In this document: positions 29,856-39,802 of the stretch, piece by piece
How positions within the stretch are numbered: the first letter of the stretch is position 1
Layout of the letters: every line of letters begins with the position of its first letter
DNA from: an uncultured Oligoflexus sp.
GTDB lineage: Bacteria; Bdellovibrionota_B; Oligoflexia; Oligoflexales; Oligoflexaceae
Length of the DNA: 64,000 nucleotides
Direction of reading: 5' to 3'
Assembly: GCA_964236955.1 (NCBI GenBank)
Contig: CAXSGP010000004.1
Span: 1 to 64,000 of the forward strand
The notes under the pieces: model-generated
Databases searched by the model: none
Told to the model about the DNA's origin: nothing
Seen by the model: only the letters and a program-made list of their open reading frames with translations
Translations under genes and position numbers: made by a program

Positions 29856-31879
29856 GATGTTTTCTCACGCGTGTTAAGTTCCCGGCGAACATAGTTCATC
29901 AATTGATTATAGGTTCGCCGGGAATCCGCTCCAAATTGATCGAGAACCTGGCCAACGAGTGCATGATCCGCGCTTATAGCGAGTTCTTCAATTTCATGGC
30001 AAAGTCGGGCCAAATGCATCAAACCTAGAGTCGCCAAAGTCGATTTCATCGAATGAGCTGCAAGTTCCAGCTTGTCGAGCTGCCCCCCTTCAAGGAAGTG
30101 ATGCAACCGGTAAATCTCAGCCGGATGCCGGAGGACAAAGTTAGCAACAGTATTTTGGACGAATTCGATTCCGCACTGCTCTTCTAGCTGGGTGAGGCTA
30201 TCGGTCCATTCCCTTACCCTATGGTGTTGATCCTTGGGAACAAGCAACCAATACTGGAGCTTACGAAGCAAAGCCTCTTTAGTATAAGGCTTTTGCAGAG
30301 TATCATCAATATCAAGCTCTCGAGCCGCGCGGCTATCGATTTCGGTCCCACTGATGGCGATAATAGGAGCGCAGGATTTCTGCCGGACATCATGCAAAAG
30401 TGTACTGGGAAGCACAGCTCCGAGATGAAGGTCCATGAGAATCAAATCGAAATTATGGGTGTCGAGTAGGTAAATACTTTCATCAAGGGTTCTTGCCGAT
30501 AGGACTTCAAGTCCGGATTTCTCAAGAAAACTAAGTGTGACCTGGGAACTTATGCTGTTATCTTCAAGCAATAGAATGAGGCCCGAAAGATGGGGGTGCG
30601 CTTGATTCAAAGGAATAACGCTGGCATTGCTTGCTGCCGGAGATGTCTTGAAGGCAACCATAAACCAAAAGTTTGAACCTGCACCCAGTTCACTTTCAAC
30701 CCCAATTTGGCCACCCATGCTTTCGACGATTTTGCGGCAGATGCTGAGGCCAAGGCCGGTACCGCCTTTGCTGGAATCTCCCGACACCTGAAGATAGGGT
30801 TCAAAAAGCTGCTGGAAATGATTTTTGTGAACGCCTATTCCCGTGTCGATCACCCGAAAGGCAAAGAGGCTTTCCTCCTCTCTTGAGTCGGTGCACTCAA
30901 CTTCAACCCGAATAGAACCAGAGTCCGTGTATTTGAGGGCGTTGCTTACGAGGTTATTAAGGACCTGACGGATACGGACCCTGTCGGCCTGACAATGACA
31001 AGGGTCGGGAAGTTTTAGGACATGGCTAAACTTGAGGCCTTTATTTTGAGCCAGGACCTCGTAGGGAGAAAGGGTTTCCTCGATAAAAGTTTTAAGGCTG
31101 AAAAAGCTGAGGTTTAGCTTGAAGTGACCGGCTTCAATTTTAGAATGTTCCAGAAAAGCGTTGAGTGTCTCGATCAGACCCTGACCGCTTCTCGATAAAT
31201 CATTGAGCAAGCGGGACTGATAGGGCGGGAGTTCCTCAGCTAAAAGAATCTCTGACAATCCCAGAATAGCGTTGAGTGGCCCGCGTACCTCATGGCTAAG
31301 GCTGGACAGGAACTCACGTTGGTGGCGTTTGGCATCAAAGAGGATTTGATGCTGTTTGCTTAGTTCTTTTTGCGTCGCGTTGAGTGCGGATTGAGTCTTA
31401 CGTAAGTCCATGAGAGTCATGATCTGACGCGAAAAGTATTCGAGTTGGGCGATATTTTTCGCGGTGAATTTTCGCGGCTTGGTATCAATCACACAAAGTG
31501 ATCCCAGTACCACCCCGTCGCTGTTCTGCAAGGGAACGCCAAGATAGGCCCTAACAAATGGGAACTGATGCACGTAGGGTTCGGCTGCAAATTCAGGGTC
31601 ATTTCTGGCATCAGCAATGACCAGGCATCGCTTGCTCTCGATAACTTTTCGACAGAAACTTTGATCTTGATTGACCTCGATGATGCCGGTGCCGACGCGG
31701 GCTTTGGACCAGTTTTTTTCGCCTGTGCAAAAGTTGATCAAAGCCACCTGAGTGCCACAGCTTTCCGCCGCCAGACGTACGATTTCATCAAAGGGAGCCT
31801 CTTCGCTCTTATGAAGAATCTGATACTCATGAAGAGCAGCAACTCGTGCAGGTTCGATGGGGTTGGGCCGGACTTTCAC
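29852..31879 (-). CDS. Cytoplasmic hybrid histidine kinase (GAF-HisKA-HATPase-REC-Hpt)
   Basis: GAF (SFCRKV..DARNDPEF..RAYLGVPL), SHEVRGPLN, NLVSNALKYT, DTGIG, GTGLGL, LILMD, AAHSMKS. Confidence 0.93.
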   Translation of the reverse strand: MKVRPNPIEPARVAALHEYQILHKSEEAPFDEIVRLAAESCGTQVALINFCTGEKNWSKARVGTGIIEVNQDQSFCRKVIESKRCLVIADARNDPEFAAEPYVHQFPFVRAYLGVPLQNSDGVVLGSLCVIDTKPRKFTAKNIAQLEYFSRQIMTLMDLRKTQSALNATQKELSKQHQILFDAKRHQREFLSSLSHEVRGPLNAILGLSEILLAEELPPYQSRLLNDLSRSGQGLIETLNAFLEHSKIEAGHFKLNLSFFSLKTFIEETLSPYEVLAQNKGLKFSHVLKLPDPCHCQADRVRIRQVLNNLVSNALKYTDSGSIRVEVECTDSREEESLFAFRVIDTGIGVHKNHFQQLFEPYLQVSGDSSKGGTGLGLSICRKIVESMGGQIGVESELGAGSNFWFMVAFKTSPAASNASVIPLNQAHPHLSGLILLLEDNSISSQVTLSFLEKSGLEVLSARTLDESIYLLDTHNFDLILMDLHLGAVLPSTLLHDVRQKSCAPIIAISGTEIDSRAARELDIDDTLQKPYTKEALLRKLQYWLLVPKDQHHRVREWTDSLTQLEEQCGIEFVQNTVANFVLRHPAEIYRLHHFLEGGQLDKLELAAHSMKSTLATLGLMHLARLCHEIEELAISADHALVGQVLDQFGADSRRTYNQLMNYVRRELNTREKTS

Positions 31880-32256
31880 ATAGTCTCCTATAATTGTAAA
31901 GCTTTACGGACGATTGCCTCAAGGATATTAATGAAGGGTGGAAACTTTCATAAAAGTCCTTAAGAATCGGCGGTATAGACATTATATCAGGTCGGCGTGA
32001 AGGTGGATTTATTTACAGAGGGGATAGGCTTACTGGCGATTTTACGTTTGTGCCGGCTTGCCCTTGATAAGGTAAAGTGTTTATAAGCCGGTTGGTTTCG
32101 CCAGCCACTCAAAGCTGCTTGGCAGGAATGGGGCAAGCGTCCGGCTGGCAGATCAAAGCTATCCTAAACTAAAGGCTGCGGTCATTCGCCGCGAATCGCT
32201 CCAGCAGTTTCCAAGGCCTCAGCCCCATTGTCAAAAAATAGCTGGCGATCCGCACT

Positions 32257-33318
32257 TCAGCTGATCGCCAAGCCTCTCGTTTCACCTTTAAACTCGATGT
32301 GCCCATCCTGGGATTTATAGAGGCAACCCGAAAGACTTAAGGGCACTATATTTTGCATATGCTCGTAAGCCCGGCGTCGGGCGCCGCCAATGATTGCATC
32401 CTGAGGCCGCAAGGCGGAAGTTTTAATAAAGCAGTTGTAGGCGAGGATCCCACCTTGGTTATCGAGCAGAGTAATGCCGTCCATCCATGTCAGCTTTCTG
32501 AGGAGTTGACTATAGGAAAAGAGCCTTAGATAGGCGTCTCTTTCCCCATTTGTCCCATCAACTATCGTTTGAATCGCTGCGGTCACGTCAATGCTTGGCG
32601 ACAGATGAATGCCATCCTCAAGAATTTCGGGAATTTTAACGCCTTTTTTGAGAATACCTATAAGGCTGCCATGAGATCCATGCATCACATCCATGCCAAC
32701 CCTGTAGTAAAAGGACTGCAGCATGGGTTTGATTTCTATCGGAGCGCCGCGGACCACACACTCCACAAAATCACGTATCACCCGACCGGGATGGTAGTCA
32801 TCCTCGTCCGAACCCGAAACGTTGATGTACTGACGTAAACCAGTGCTGGTTCGAATCTCAACAAAGTTTCCACCCAGACGGGTGAGCCCAACGATACCGC
32901 TGCCAGCTTCCCTCATATTCCTCAGGCGCTCAAACACGGTTGGAGCAAGGGGCGACGAATCGGACCTAAAGATTCCGTAGCGAATCAATGGGCCCTCAAC
33001 AATAATATACACAGCCCAGAGCCTGTCTTCGGCCAAGGGCGCACAGTGCTTAAAAGCCCGGGTGAAGGTGTCGCGATGAATCGGCCCGCTGCCAATTGAA
33101 ATCATTTCCTTGGCGGTAAGGTGCGTTTCCAGCTGTTGCTTTTTGTCAGTTAAGAACACGACAGGAAAAAGATTGGTGCCCTCCTCCTGATAATTGGCAA
33201 GAAGCAACACCACCTCGGAAAGAAAATCGACATTGTGCATAGTCTGATTCAGGTTCTCGGTGAGAGGGCGCAGGCGCTGTTGAATAAATTCTCGGAAAGA
33301 AACCATTTTTTCTAACAT
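32257..33318 (-). CDS. DisA_N/diadenylate-cyclase-fold protein with uncharacterised N-terminal domain
   Basis: C-terminal HGSLIGI, LTWMDGITLLD, GGARRRA and KSQDG match the DAC layout HGA..DGA..GxRHRxA..SxD. Confidence 0.65.
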   Translation of the reverse strand: MLEKMVSFREFIQQRLRPLTENLNQTMHNVDFLSEVVLLLANYQEEGTNLFPVVFLTDKKQQLETHLTAKEMISIGSGPIHRDTFTRAFKHCAPLAEDRLWAVYIIVEGPLIRYGIFRSDSSPLAPTVFERLRNMREAGSGIVGLTRLGGNFVEIRTSTGLRQYINVSGSDEDDYHPGRVIRDFVECVVRGAPIEIKPMLQSFYYRVGMDVMHGSHGSLIGILKKGVKIPEILEDGIHLSPSIDVTAAIQTIVDGTNGERDAYLRLFSYSQLLRKLTWMDGITLLDNQGGILAYNCFIKTSALRPQDAIIGGARRRAYEHMQNIVPLSLSGCLYKSQDGHIEFKGETRGLAIS

Positions 33319-33669
33319 TTCAATCCCGGAAAAGTGGAAGTTGAGCCCATGGTGTTAAAGGAAAAGAAAGGACTTATATCTATCACGTTTTGAGAAAGGA
33401 GATCGCTTTTACTGTTGCTTCGCCATCATCGCCATGCGCTGGCAGGATAGTTCAAGACTTCTTATCTTAAGTTTATCGTCTGCTTGGATCGGGTGGAAGC
33501 CAAGGCCCATAAAAGCTCTAACATGAGAGAAATCAGGTTATAATTTTGCCTGCAATGATCGCCATGAATTGACGTGCTTATAGATAGGAGAGACTGCTAA
33601 GACCCTATTCTTATATAGGAAATGGCTAGCGTCTGGCATTTTGCCTAAGCTTCCCGTACAAATGATCAG

Positions 33670-34773
33670 GTGCCAGCACTATGGAGGTCTCCCTTGCGGT
33701 ACGCTCGTCAGACTGTATTACCCGAATTGGGTCAGGAAGGGCAGAAAGCTTTTGCCGCGGCCAAAGTCCTGATCGTCGGCATCGGAGGGCTAGGTTCGCC
33801 TTTAGCACTTTATCTTGCCGCCGCAGGCGTGGGGCACCTGGGCCTGGTGGACGCCGATCAGGTAGGACTGAGTAATTTGCATAGGCAGATTCTCTTTGCC
33901 ATGGCTGATTTGGGCAGGGCCAAGGTCGAAGTTGCCGGCGCTAAACTTCTGGCTTTAAATCCGGATGTGACGAGTGAACTCTATCCCTTTTTTCTCGACA
34001 GCGGCAATGCCATGGCTATCGCCAGTAATTATGACATTGTCATCGACGCCAGTGATAATTTTGAAACGAAATATCTCCTCAATGATCTTTGCGTCAAACT
34101 CAAGAAGCCGCTGGTGTCGGGATCCATACTGCAATTTCGGGGGCAGGCTTCGGTATATTGGGCCGAGCGCGGGCCCTGTTATCGCTGCCTCTTTCCCGAA
34201 TTGCCGCTTCATGCCATTCCAAATTGTGCCGAAGCCGGTGTGCTGGGAGCTGTTGCCGGCGTGATCGGGAGTATTCAGGCGCTGGAGGTGTTGAAGCTTA
34301 TCCTGCTCCTTAACGGGCGCCTGGCGCCGCATCAGACGACGCTTATCGGCAGTTTTCTGAGTTTTGACGCCGCTACGATGCAGCAGACTATCGTCAAAAT
34401 TCCCAAGGATCCCGAATGCCGGGTCTGCAGCCTAGATCCCGCAGCTATCGAGCTGCCCCGACTCGAACTCTCCTGCGATCGGAACATTCATGAGGATATT
34501 ATAAAGAATTGGCAGCGCTATCGCTGGATCGATGTGCGTGAAGCAAACGAATGGGCCGGGGGCCATATCGCCAATGCCTTGCATTGGCCTCTGTCGCGCA
34601 TCAAAGCGGGCGAAATCCCCGAACCCAGCGCAGGCAAAACTATTCTTTATTGCCAAAGCGGGGTGCGGTCAAGGCAGGCTCTCAACCTGCTCAAAGACGA
34701 AGGTTTTGGTGATTTGAATCATCTTCCGGAAGGCTTTGCGAGTTGGGTTGGGGCCGTAGAGCGAGATAGGTAA
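33670..34773 (+). CDS. moeB: MoeB/ThiF adenylyltransferase with C-terminal rhodanese (MoeZ-like)
   Basis: RYARQ, GIGGLG, SNLHRQ, CYRC, NCAEAGVLG, CRVC, IDVRE, YCQSGVRS. Confidence 0.92.
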   Translation: MPALWRSPLRYARQTVLPELGQEGQKAFAAAKVLIVGIGGLGSPLALYLAAAGVGHLGLVDADQVGLSNLHRQILFAMADLGRAKVEVAGAKLLALNPDVTSELYPFFLDSGNAMAIASNYDIVIDASDNFETKYLLNDLCVKLKKPLVSGSILQFRGQASVYWAERGPCYRCLFPELPLHAIPNCAEAGVLGAVAGVIGSIQALEVLKLILLLNGRLAPHQTTLIGSFLSFDAATMQQTIVKIPKDPECRVCSLDPAAIELPRLELSCDRNIHEDIIKNWQRYRWIDVREANEWAGGHIANALHWPLSRIKAGEIPEPSAGKTILYCQSGVRSRQALNLLKDEGFGDLNHLPEGFASWVGAVERDR

Positions 34774-35620
34774 GGACATCATCCTCATCATTAAGAAAAC
34801 GCTTTCTCGTCTCCACCTTGGCCTGGGCCTTGGCAAATTCATCAGGATTTAAACCCTTGGGTTTGATCCAGGGCAGCGACAGCGTGGCGATGAAGAGACC
34901 CAGACCAAAGCCGATCGCATGGCTACGGTAACTTACCTGAGGTTCGATCGTGCTTGGCAAAAGCACGACCAGCACAAAGGCCACAATGCGCATCAATCGA
35001 TGGGAAAGTTTAAGGTAGCTTGAATTGCGCGCAAAATAGACCAGCCACATGCCGGCCATGAGATAGACCATACCCGAAGCTCCAACCAATTGGACATCGG
35101 CAGGGTAAGTGAGCAGCGCGATCGCCTCGGTAGCCGCCGCACCGAAGACGCTCAGTACGGGAAAGGCCCAACGGCCAAAATAATTATTAAGCAGGGTAGC
35201 AAACACCAGAAAAAGCATAGAGTTGGATAAAAGGTGAATAAAATCCGCATGGACAAAGGGAGACGTTACCAGGCGCCACCATTCGCCCTGGGCAAAGACA
35301 TCGGTCTGGGTTGCCACCAGCATCGCGTGGGGATTTTCCCAGGCCAAGATACTCAATACCGTAAAGAGCAGAATAAAAACCGAGGCACCCAACGCCGCCG
35401 CCGGATCAATCGGTCGCGATAGGGCCTGTTCTTCTAAATAAGGTCTTGTGGGATATAAAGGGTGGATGGGCTTCAGAGTAAGATCTGCGGCCGGTGCGAT
35501 TCGTGCTGCTGATGGCCCGGACTCCAGCTCAAGGATCAGGGGATTGAAGGCCGGAGTGAGATTTAATTCTGCCGTGCCTTCTTCTTTTGGGTCAGGGATC
35601 AGGTCCGCTTGGCTCGCCAT
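34691..35620 (-). CDS. Rhomboid family intramembrane serine protease
   Basis: GEWWRLVT, HADFIHLLSN, GASG, SHAIG. Start moved to ATG 35620; 3' end overlaps moeB by 83 bp. Confidence 0.9.
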   Translation of the reverse strand: MASQADLIPDPKEEGTAELNLTPAFNPLILELESGPSAARIAPAADLTLKPIHPLYPTRPYLEEQALSRPIDPAAALGASVFILLFTVLSILAWENPHAMLVATQTDVFAQGEWWRLVTSPFVHADFIHLLSNSMLFLVFATLLNNYFGRWAFPVLSVFGAAATEAIALLTYPADVQLVGASGMVYLMAGMWLVYFARNSSYLKLSHRLMRIVAFVLVVLLPSTIEPQVSYRSHAIGFGLGLFIATLSLPWIKPKGLNPDEFAKAQAKVETRKRFLNDEDDVLTYLALRPQPNSQSLPEDDSNHQNLRL

Positions 35621-35746
35621 CACATACCTCAGCTTTGGTTGTCCATTTCTCAAAATAAGACCGGAATGAGAAATGTCAAGGGTCCTGGGTTTAACATCGG
35701 TTTTGATTGGACAAAGCACGCAACCCGATGGGGAGCTTTAGAGTGA

Positions 35747-35953
35747 ATGGGCAATTCTTACCAGAAATATATTTACGGGACCGGTTCATTCTGCAGCAAA
35801 GCATGGACTCATGACGAGGTTATTTACGTCCCGGATGAAGCAGCGTTCCATTCCCGTCCTCTGGCAGGGCTGGCTATAAAGAGCCAAAGATATCGATACT
35901 CATTCTCCAGAGGCGCTAGATCGCCCTTCGCTCATCTTTTTTGGTCGCCCTGA
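35747..35953 (+). CDS. Possible small hypothetical protein (68 aa)
   Basis: ATG downstream of GGGGAG; fills the gap and stops 1 bp from the convergent LysR stop. Confidence 0.35.
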   Translation: MGNSYQKYIYGTGSFCSKAWTHDEVIYVPDEAAFHSRPLAGLAIKSQRYRYSFSRGARSPFAHLFWSP

Positions 35954-35954
35954 G

Positions 35955-36755
35955 CTAAGGCCTGGGCAGAAGACTGAGCAGCGATTTGAGGGCTCCCGGG
36001 ACCTTTCGATACCTTAGATGCGAAGCAAAAATTGTTTGTCTCGGTAAATTGCCTTTATTATAGCTCCTTAATTCCGGATGATCGAAAGTCATATGGTCGG
36101 GCAGGACCGCGATGCCAATGCCCTGTTTAACAAGTTTGACAATGGCGGTGATGGAATTCACCTGAATCACGCGTTTTGGCATTTTTCTATGCATCTTGAG
36201 CAGGTGATCTTCGGGCCCGTAAACGATCCATCGATAGCTGTGTAAAGCCTCGGGATTGATTGGATCTCGGGAAACGATCGCCAGGTTCTCATCGAGCACC
36301 GCCTGCGAGCGTATCAACTCGCTATCGATCTCGAAGGGGGTGAATATGAGATCAAAGCGCCCGCCTTCTATCCCATCCCGCAAGTCCTGCAGGCTGCCGA
36401 CCGTGATCGTCAGGTTTACGTCATGCTCTTGGTAGTAGGTTCCGAGCAGCACCTGAAACCAGCTCTCGAGCAGACCATGGGGAATTCCGATGCGGATATT
36501 GGATCTTTCGTCGTCACAGAGGAGCTTCGTGGTTTCTGTCTCGAAATGCTTGAGGGCATCATAGAGCTTTTGACCTTTGGGCGTCAGGGTCAGGTGTTTG
36601 GCAGTACGAATGAGAAGTTCATCCTCGACCGATTCCTCCAATAACTTGATCTGACGGCTTACGGCCGACTGGGCGATATTGAGTTCTTCGGCAGCCTTGG
36701 AAAAACTGCCCTGCTCGACCGACGCAATAAAGGCCTTCAGATAGCGAAAATCCAT
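35955..36755 (-). CDS. LysR family transcriptional regulator
   Basis: MDFRYLKAF..GSFSKAAEELNIAQSAVSRQIKLLE HTH; LVKQGIGIAVLP. Confidence 0.95.
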   Translation of the reverse strand: MDFRYLKAFIASVEQGSFSKAAEELNIAQSAVSRQIKLLEESVEDELLIRTAKHLTLTPKGQKLYDALKHFETETTKLLCDDERSNIRIGIPHGLLESWFQVLLGTYYQEHDVNLTITVGSLQDLRDGIEGGRFDLIFTPFEIDSELIRSQAVLDENLAIVSRDPINPEALHSYRWIVYGPEDHLLKMHRKMPKRVIQVNSITAIVKLVKQGIGIAVLPDHMTFDHPELRSYNKGNLPRQTIFASHLRYRKVPGALKSLLSLLPRP

Positions 36756-36768
36756 GGATGCCCTCGAA

Positions 36769-37152
36769 TTAGAGTGCTGGCATGTCCCGCATAAGTTCAA
36801 CACAGCTGCCATCGTCTCCGGTCTTCGTGAAACGATCAATCTTCTTTTGTTTATCATCCGTGAAAAAATTAATTTTACACGATTCTGAATAGCTATAGGA
36901 ACCCCATCGCCAATTCGAATAACCCGCGCCGACCGACCTTAAGACCTGGCGTTCGTTCGTATAACTTAGGACCTTGACTCCACTTTCCATCACGTAAACG
37001 CTGGAGGGAGCTCCCCAGATCTCAACAAGTTTGTCGGGGTGGCGACCGATCCAGGGGTCGAGCTGATTCTTTAAGACTTCGGCATAATGGGCACAAGCGC
37101 TGGCGAGCGAGACCATGCCCAAAAGAACGAGTGGTCGGCATAGACTTGGCAT
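36769..37152 (-). CDS. Small hypothetical lipoprotein
   Basis: AAGGAG RBS; lipobox LASAC; WIGRH..LVEIWGAP motif. Confidence 0.78.
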   Translation of the reverse strand: MPSLCRPLVLLGMVSLASACAHYAEVLKNQLDPWIGRHPDKLVEIWGAPSSVYVMESGVKVLSYTNERQVLRSVGAGYSNWRWGSYSYSESCKINFFTDDKQKKIDRFTKTGDDGSCVELMRDMPAL

Positions 37153-37464
37153 GAAGAAATACTCCTTATTGGTTTGCTTGGTTTCGATCTAAGATACCGA
37201 GACGGAAAAATTCGGAAAGGCAAGGGCCGGAGATCGAGCGCGGTCAATCTTTTCGTCTCAGAGGGTTCCAAATCCAGCGAGCTTTGACTTTTCCCGCGCT
37301 GGCGCTGGCAAGCCCCGGGAACTCTTCCACTTGGTAGCCCCGGAGCGATTGTACGATCTTGTTGGTGGGTAGAGCGAGCATCTTTTAGGTAAGATCAATA
37401 ACGCGGCCCTGGTCTAAACGGACTGAGCCAGTGGCAGTGCTGAGTTGAATGCAGAGGAGTGGGA

Positions 37465-38793
37465 ATGGAAATTTTTTCGAATGGACTGTCAGCGGCCCGA
37501 TCGACGATGGCCTTTTCGCTGGGCTTTCACATAATCTTTGCGGCAGTCGGCATGGTCATGCCGTTTTTTATGGCGACCTCGCATTACTTATTCCTGAGGA
37601 CTGGCCATAAATCTTATCTGTCTCTCACCAGGATGTGGTCAAAAGGGGTTGCCATTCTTTTTGCAACAGGTGCGGTTTCAGGTACCGTTTTATCGTTTGA
37701 GCTGGGTCTGCTCTGGCCTGGATTTATGAAACATGCGGGAGCGATTATCGGAATGCCCTTTTCCTGGGAAGGCACCGCTTTTTTTCTCGAAGCCATCGCC
37801 ATTGGGATTTTTCTCTATGGGTGGGATAAAATTCCGCGCTGGTGGCATTGGACCTCGGGGCTTGTAGTTGGCGTTTCTGGCTTGGCGTCAGGAATATTTG
37901 TGGTGGCCGCGAATTCCTGGATGAATACCCCTAGCGGATTCGAATGGGTCAATGGCAATGCGGTCAATGTTGATCCACTGGCGGCCATGTTCAATAAACA
38001 TTGGTTTCAGCAGGCCCTGCATATGACGCTGGCTTCGTTTGAGGCGGTAGGATTTGTGGTGGCAGGAATCCATGCCTATCTTTTGCTGCGAGGGGGCAGT
38101 CCCCGACTCAACGCCCACGCCCTGCGCATCGCCCTCAGTTTTGGAGCCGTTGCTGCACTGATACAGCCTTTGAGTGGCCATTTTTCCGCTCAAAAGGTTG
38201 CCGAAAACCAACCCGCAAAACTAGCCGCCATGGAAGCACTGTTCACCACCCAAAAAGGTGCTCCGCTGTTAGTTGGGGGAATTCCCGATGAAAAGACCCG
38301 AACGGTAAAATACGGGATCGAGATACCGGGAGCGCTCAGCTTTTTGGCTTTTAACGACTTTAAGGCCGAGGTGAAGGGGCTTGATCAGGTGCCCCGCGCC
38401 GATTGGCCAAAGGTTCTTTGGGTGCACTTCGCCTTTCAAACGATGGTTGGCATCGGCAGTTTTTTGGCGTTTATTGGCTTCATCTTTTTATACAAAACCT
38501 ATCGCCTAAAAGGCCACTGGTCACGCCCCCTTCTATGGGTGCTCACCTTTTGCGGTCCCCTGGGATTTATAGCGCTTGAAGCCGGCTGGGTCGTCACCGA
38601 AGTCGGCCGGCAACCCTGGATCATATATGGAGTGATGCGGACGTCAGAGGCGGTGAGCGGGATTCCCGGGCTTGGGATCCACCTGGGACTTTTCATACTG
38701 GTCTACGGCTTGGTGGGACTTTTCTGTTTATCACTACTCCACCGTCTGATCCGTTTTTATCAAAAGCCGAAAGGAACACCCTATGCTCATTGA
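37465..38793 (+). CDS. cydA: Cytochrome bd ubiquinol oxidase subunit I (short Q-loop, CioA-type)
   Basis: FHIIF, EGTAFFLEA, NSWMNTP, QPAKLAAME, AFQTMVG, EVGRQPW. Confidence 0.96.
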   Translation: MEIFSNGLSAARSTMAFSLGFHIIFAAVGMVMPFFMATSHYLFLRTGHKSYLSLTRMWSKGVAILFATGAVSGTVLSFELGLLWPGFMKHAGAIIGMPFSWEGTAFFLEAIAIGIFLYGWDKIPRWWHWTSGLVVGVSGLASGIFVVAANSWMNTPSGFEWVNGNAVNVDPLAAMFNKHWFQQALHMTLASFEAVGFVVAGIHAYLLLRGGSPRLNAHALRIALSFGAVAALIQPLSGHFSAQKVAENQPAKLAAMEALFTTQKGAPLLVGGIPDEKTRTVKYGIEIPGALSFLAFNDFKAEVKGLDQVPRADWPKVLWVHFAFQTMVGIGSFLAFIGFIFLYKTYRLKGHWSRPLLWVLTFCGPLGFIALEAGWVVTEVGRQPWIIYGVMRTSEAVSGIPGLGIHLGLFILVYGLVGLFCLSLLHRLIRFYQKPKGTPYAH

Positions 38794-39802
38794 TTTGATC
38801 GGACTTGTCAGCTTTGTCGCCTTGGTCCTCTATATACTTTTTGGTGGCGCTGACTACGGGGCGGGGATCCTTGAACTTTTTCGTTTTCATAATAATGTAC
38901 GCGATGAACAGGAGAAGTTGATCTCGGAGGCGATGGGTCCGGTTTGGGAAGCCAATCATATCTGGCTCATCCTTTTGATCGTAATTCTATTTAATGGTTT
39001 TCCCGGCATGTTTGTCACCATCACCAACGCTTTGCATATTCCTTTGGTTGCTATTTTACTGGGCATCGTCGTTCGAGGGGTAACCTTTACCTACCGGCAC
39101 TACGATAGCTCCCAGCAGCTGGATCGCTTTTACACCTGGACCTTCGCCTTAAGCAGTCTTTGGACCAGCATGTGGTTAGGAGTTGCCGTTGGCGGCGCGG
39201 TCCTTGGGCGTATCGACCCCTTGGCGACCAATGCCTACGATCTTTATGTGGCGCCATGGGACAATCCCTTTGCCTTTGCCCTGGGGCTTTTTGTTAGCTC
39301 TCTCTTCGCTTTCCTCGCCTCGGCATTTTTAATTGGCGAAGCCGGCTCGGAACGAATGAAGAAGTTTTTTTCACGACGGGCTGTGGCCTCCAACTTTGCC
39401 TCCATTGGCTCAGGGGGCCTGGTCTTTCTAAGCGCGCACTGGGAAAACTATCCCTTGGCCCGTGAATTCGCCTTCAATATGAATTCGATGCTGATGATGC
39501 TAGTCGCCTCAGGACTATCCTGGCTCTTCGTCTTGTTTCGTTTGAAACGCGCCGCGACCCGGGTGCTCATCTCGGGGATCGTGATGGCTATCCTCCTGGG
39601 CTTTTATTTTATTCACGCGCCGGCGATCATTGCCACCCGGCAGGGCTATCTAAGCTTTGCCAATACTGCGGCTCCCGATGCCACGCTCCGGCAGCTTCTT
39701 ATTGCGTTGCTCGTTGGATTGGTGCTGATTTTGCCAAGTTTGGGCCTATTGATATGGATTTTTAAATTCCGCAAAACCACTCCTTACCGAAGCAAATCTT
39801 AA
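38783..39802 (+). CDS. cydB: Cytochrome bd ubiquinol oxidase subunit II
   Basis: GGADYGAG, GPVWEANHIWL; overlaps the cydA stop. Confidence 0.95.
   Translation: MLIDLIGLVSFVALVLYILFGGADYGAGILELFRFHNNVRDEQEKLISEAMGPVWEANHIWLILLIVILFNGFPGMFVTITNALHIPLVAILLGIVVRGVTFTYRHYDSSQQLDRFYTWTFALSSLWTSMWLGVAVGGAVLGRIDPLATNAYDLYVAPWDNPFAFALGLFVSSLFAFLASAFLIGEAGSERMKKFFSRRAVASNFASIGSGGLVFLSAHWENYPLAREFAFNMNSMLMMLVASGLSWLFVLFRLKRAATRVLISGIVMAILLGFYFIHAPAIIATRQGYLSFANTAAPDATLRQLLIALLVGLVLILPSLGLLIWIFKFRKTTPYRSKS

Noticed and set aside
32090..32112. GTGGCTGGCGAAAC resembling the ZTP riboswitch 5' motif (minus strand)
   Set aside because: Lacks the GTGG/CCAC-GGGGAGC and CGCCTGGG elements, and the downstream gene is unrelated to purine or folate metabolism.
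34691..34773. 83-bp convergent overlap of moeB and the rhomboid gene as a frameshift sign
   Set aside because: Both proteins have complete domains; the overlap covers only a low-complexity rhomboid tail.
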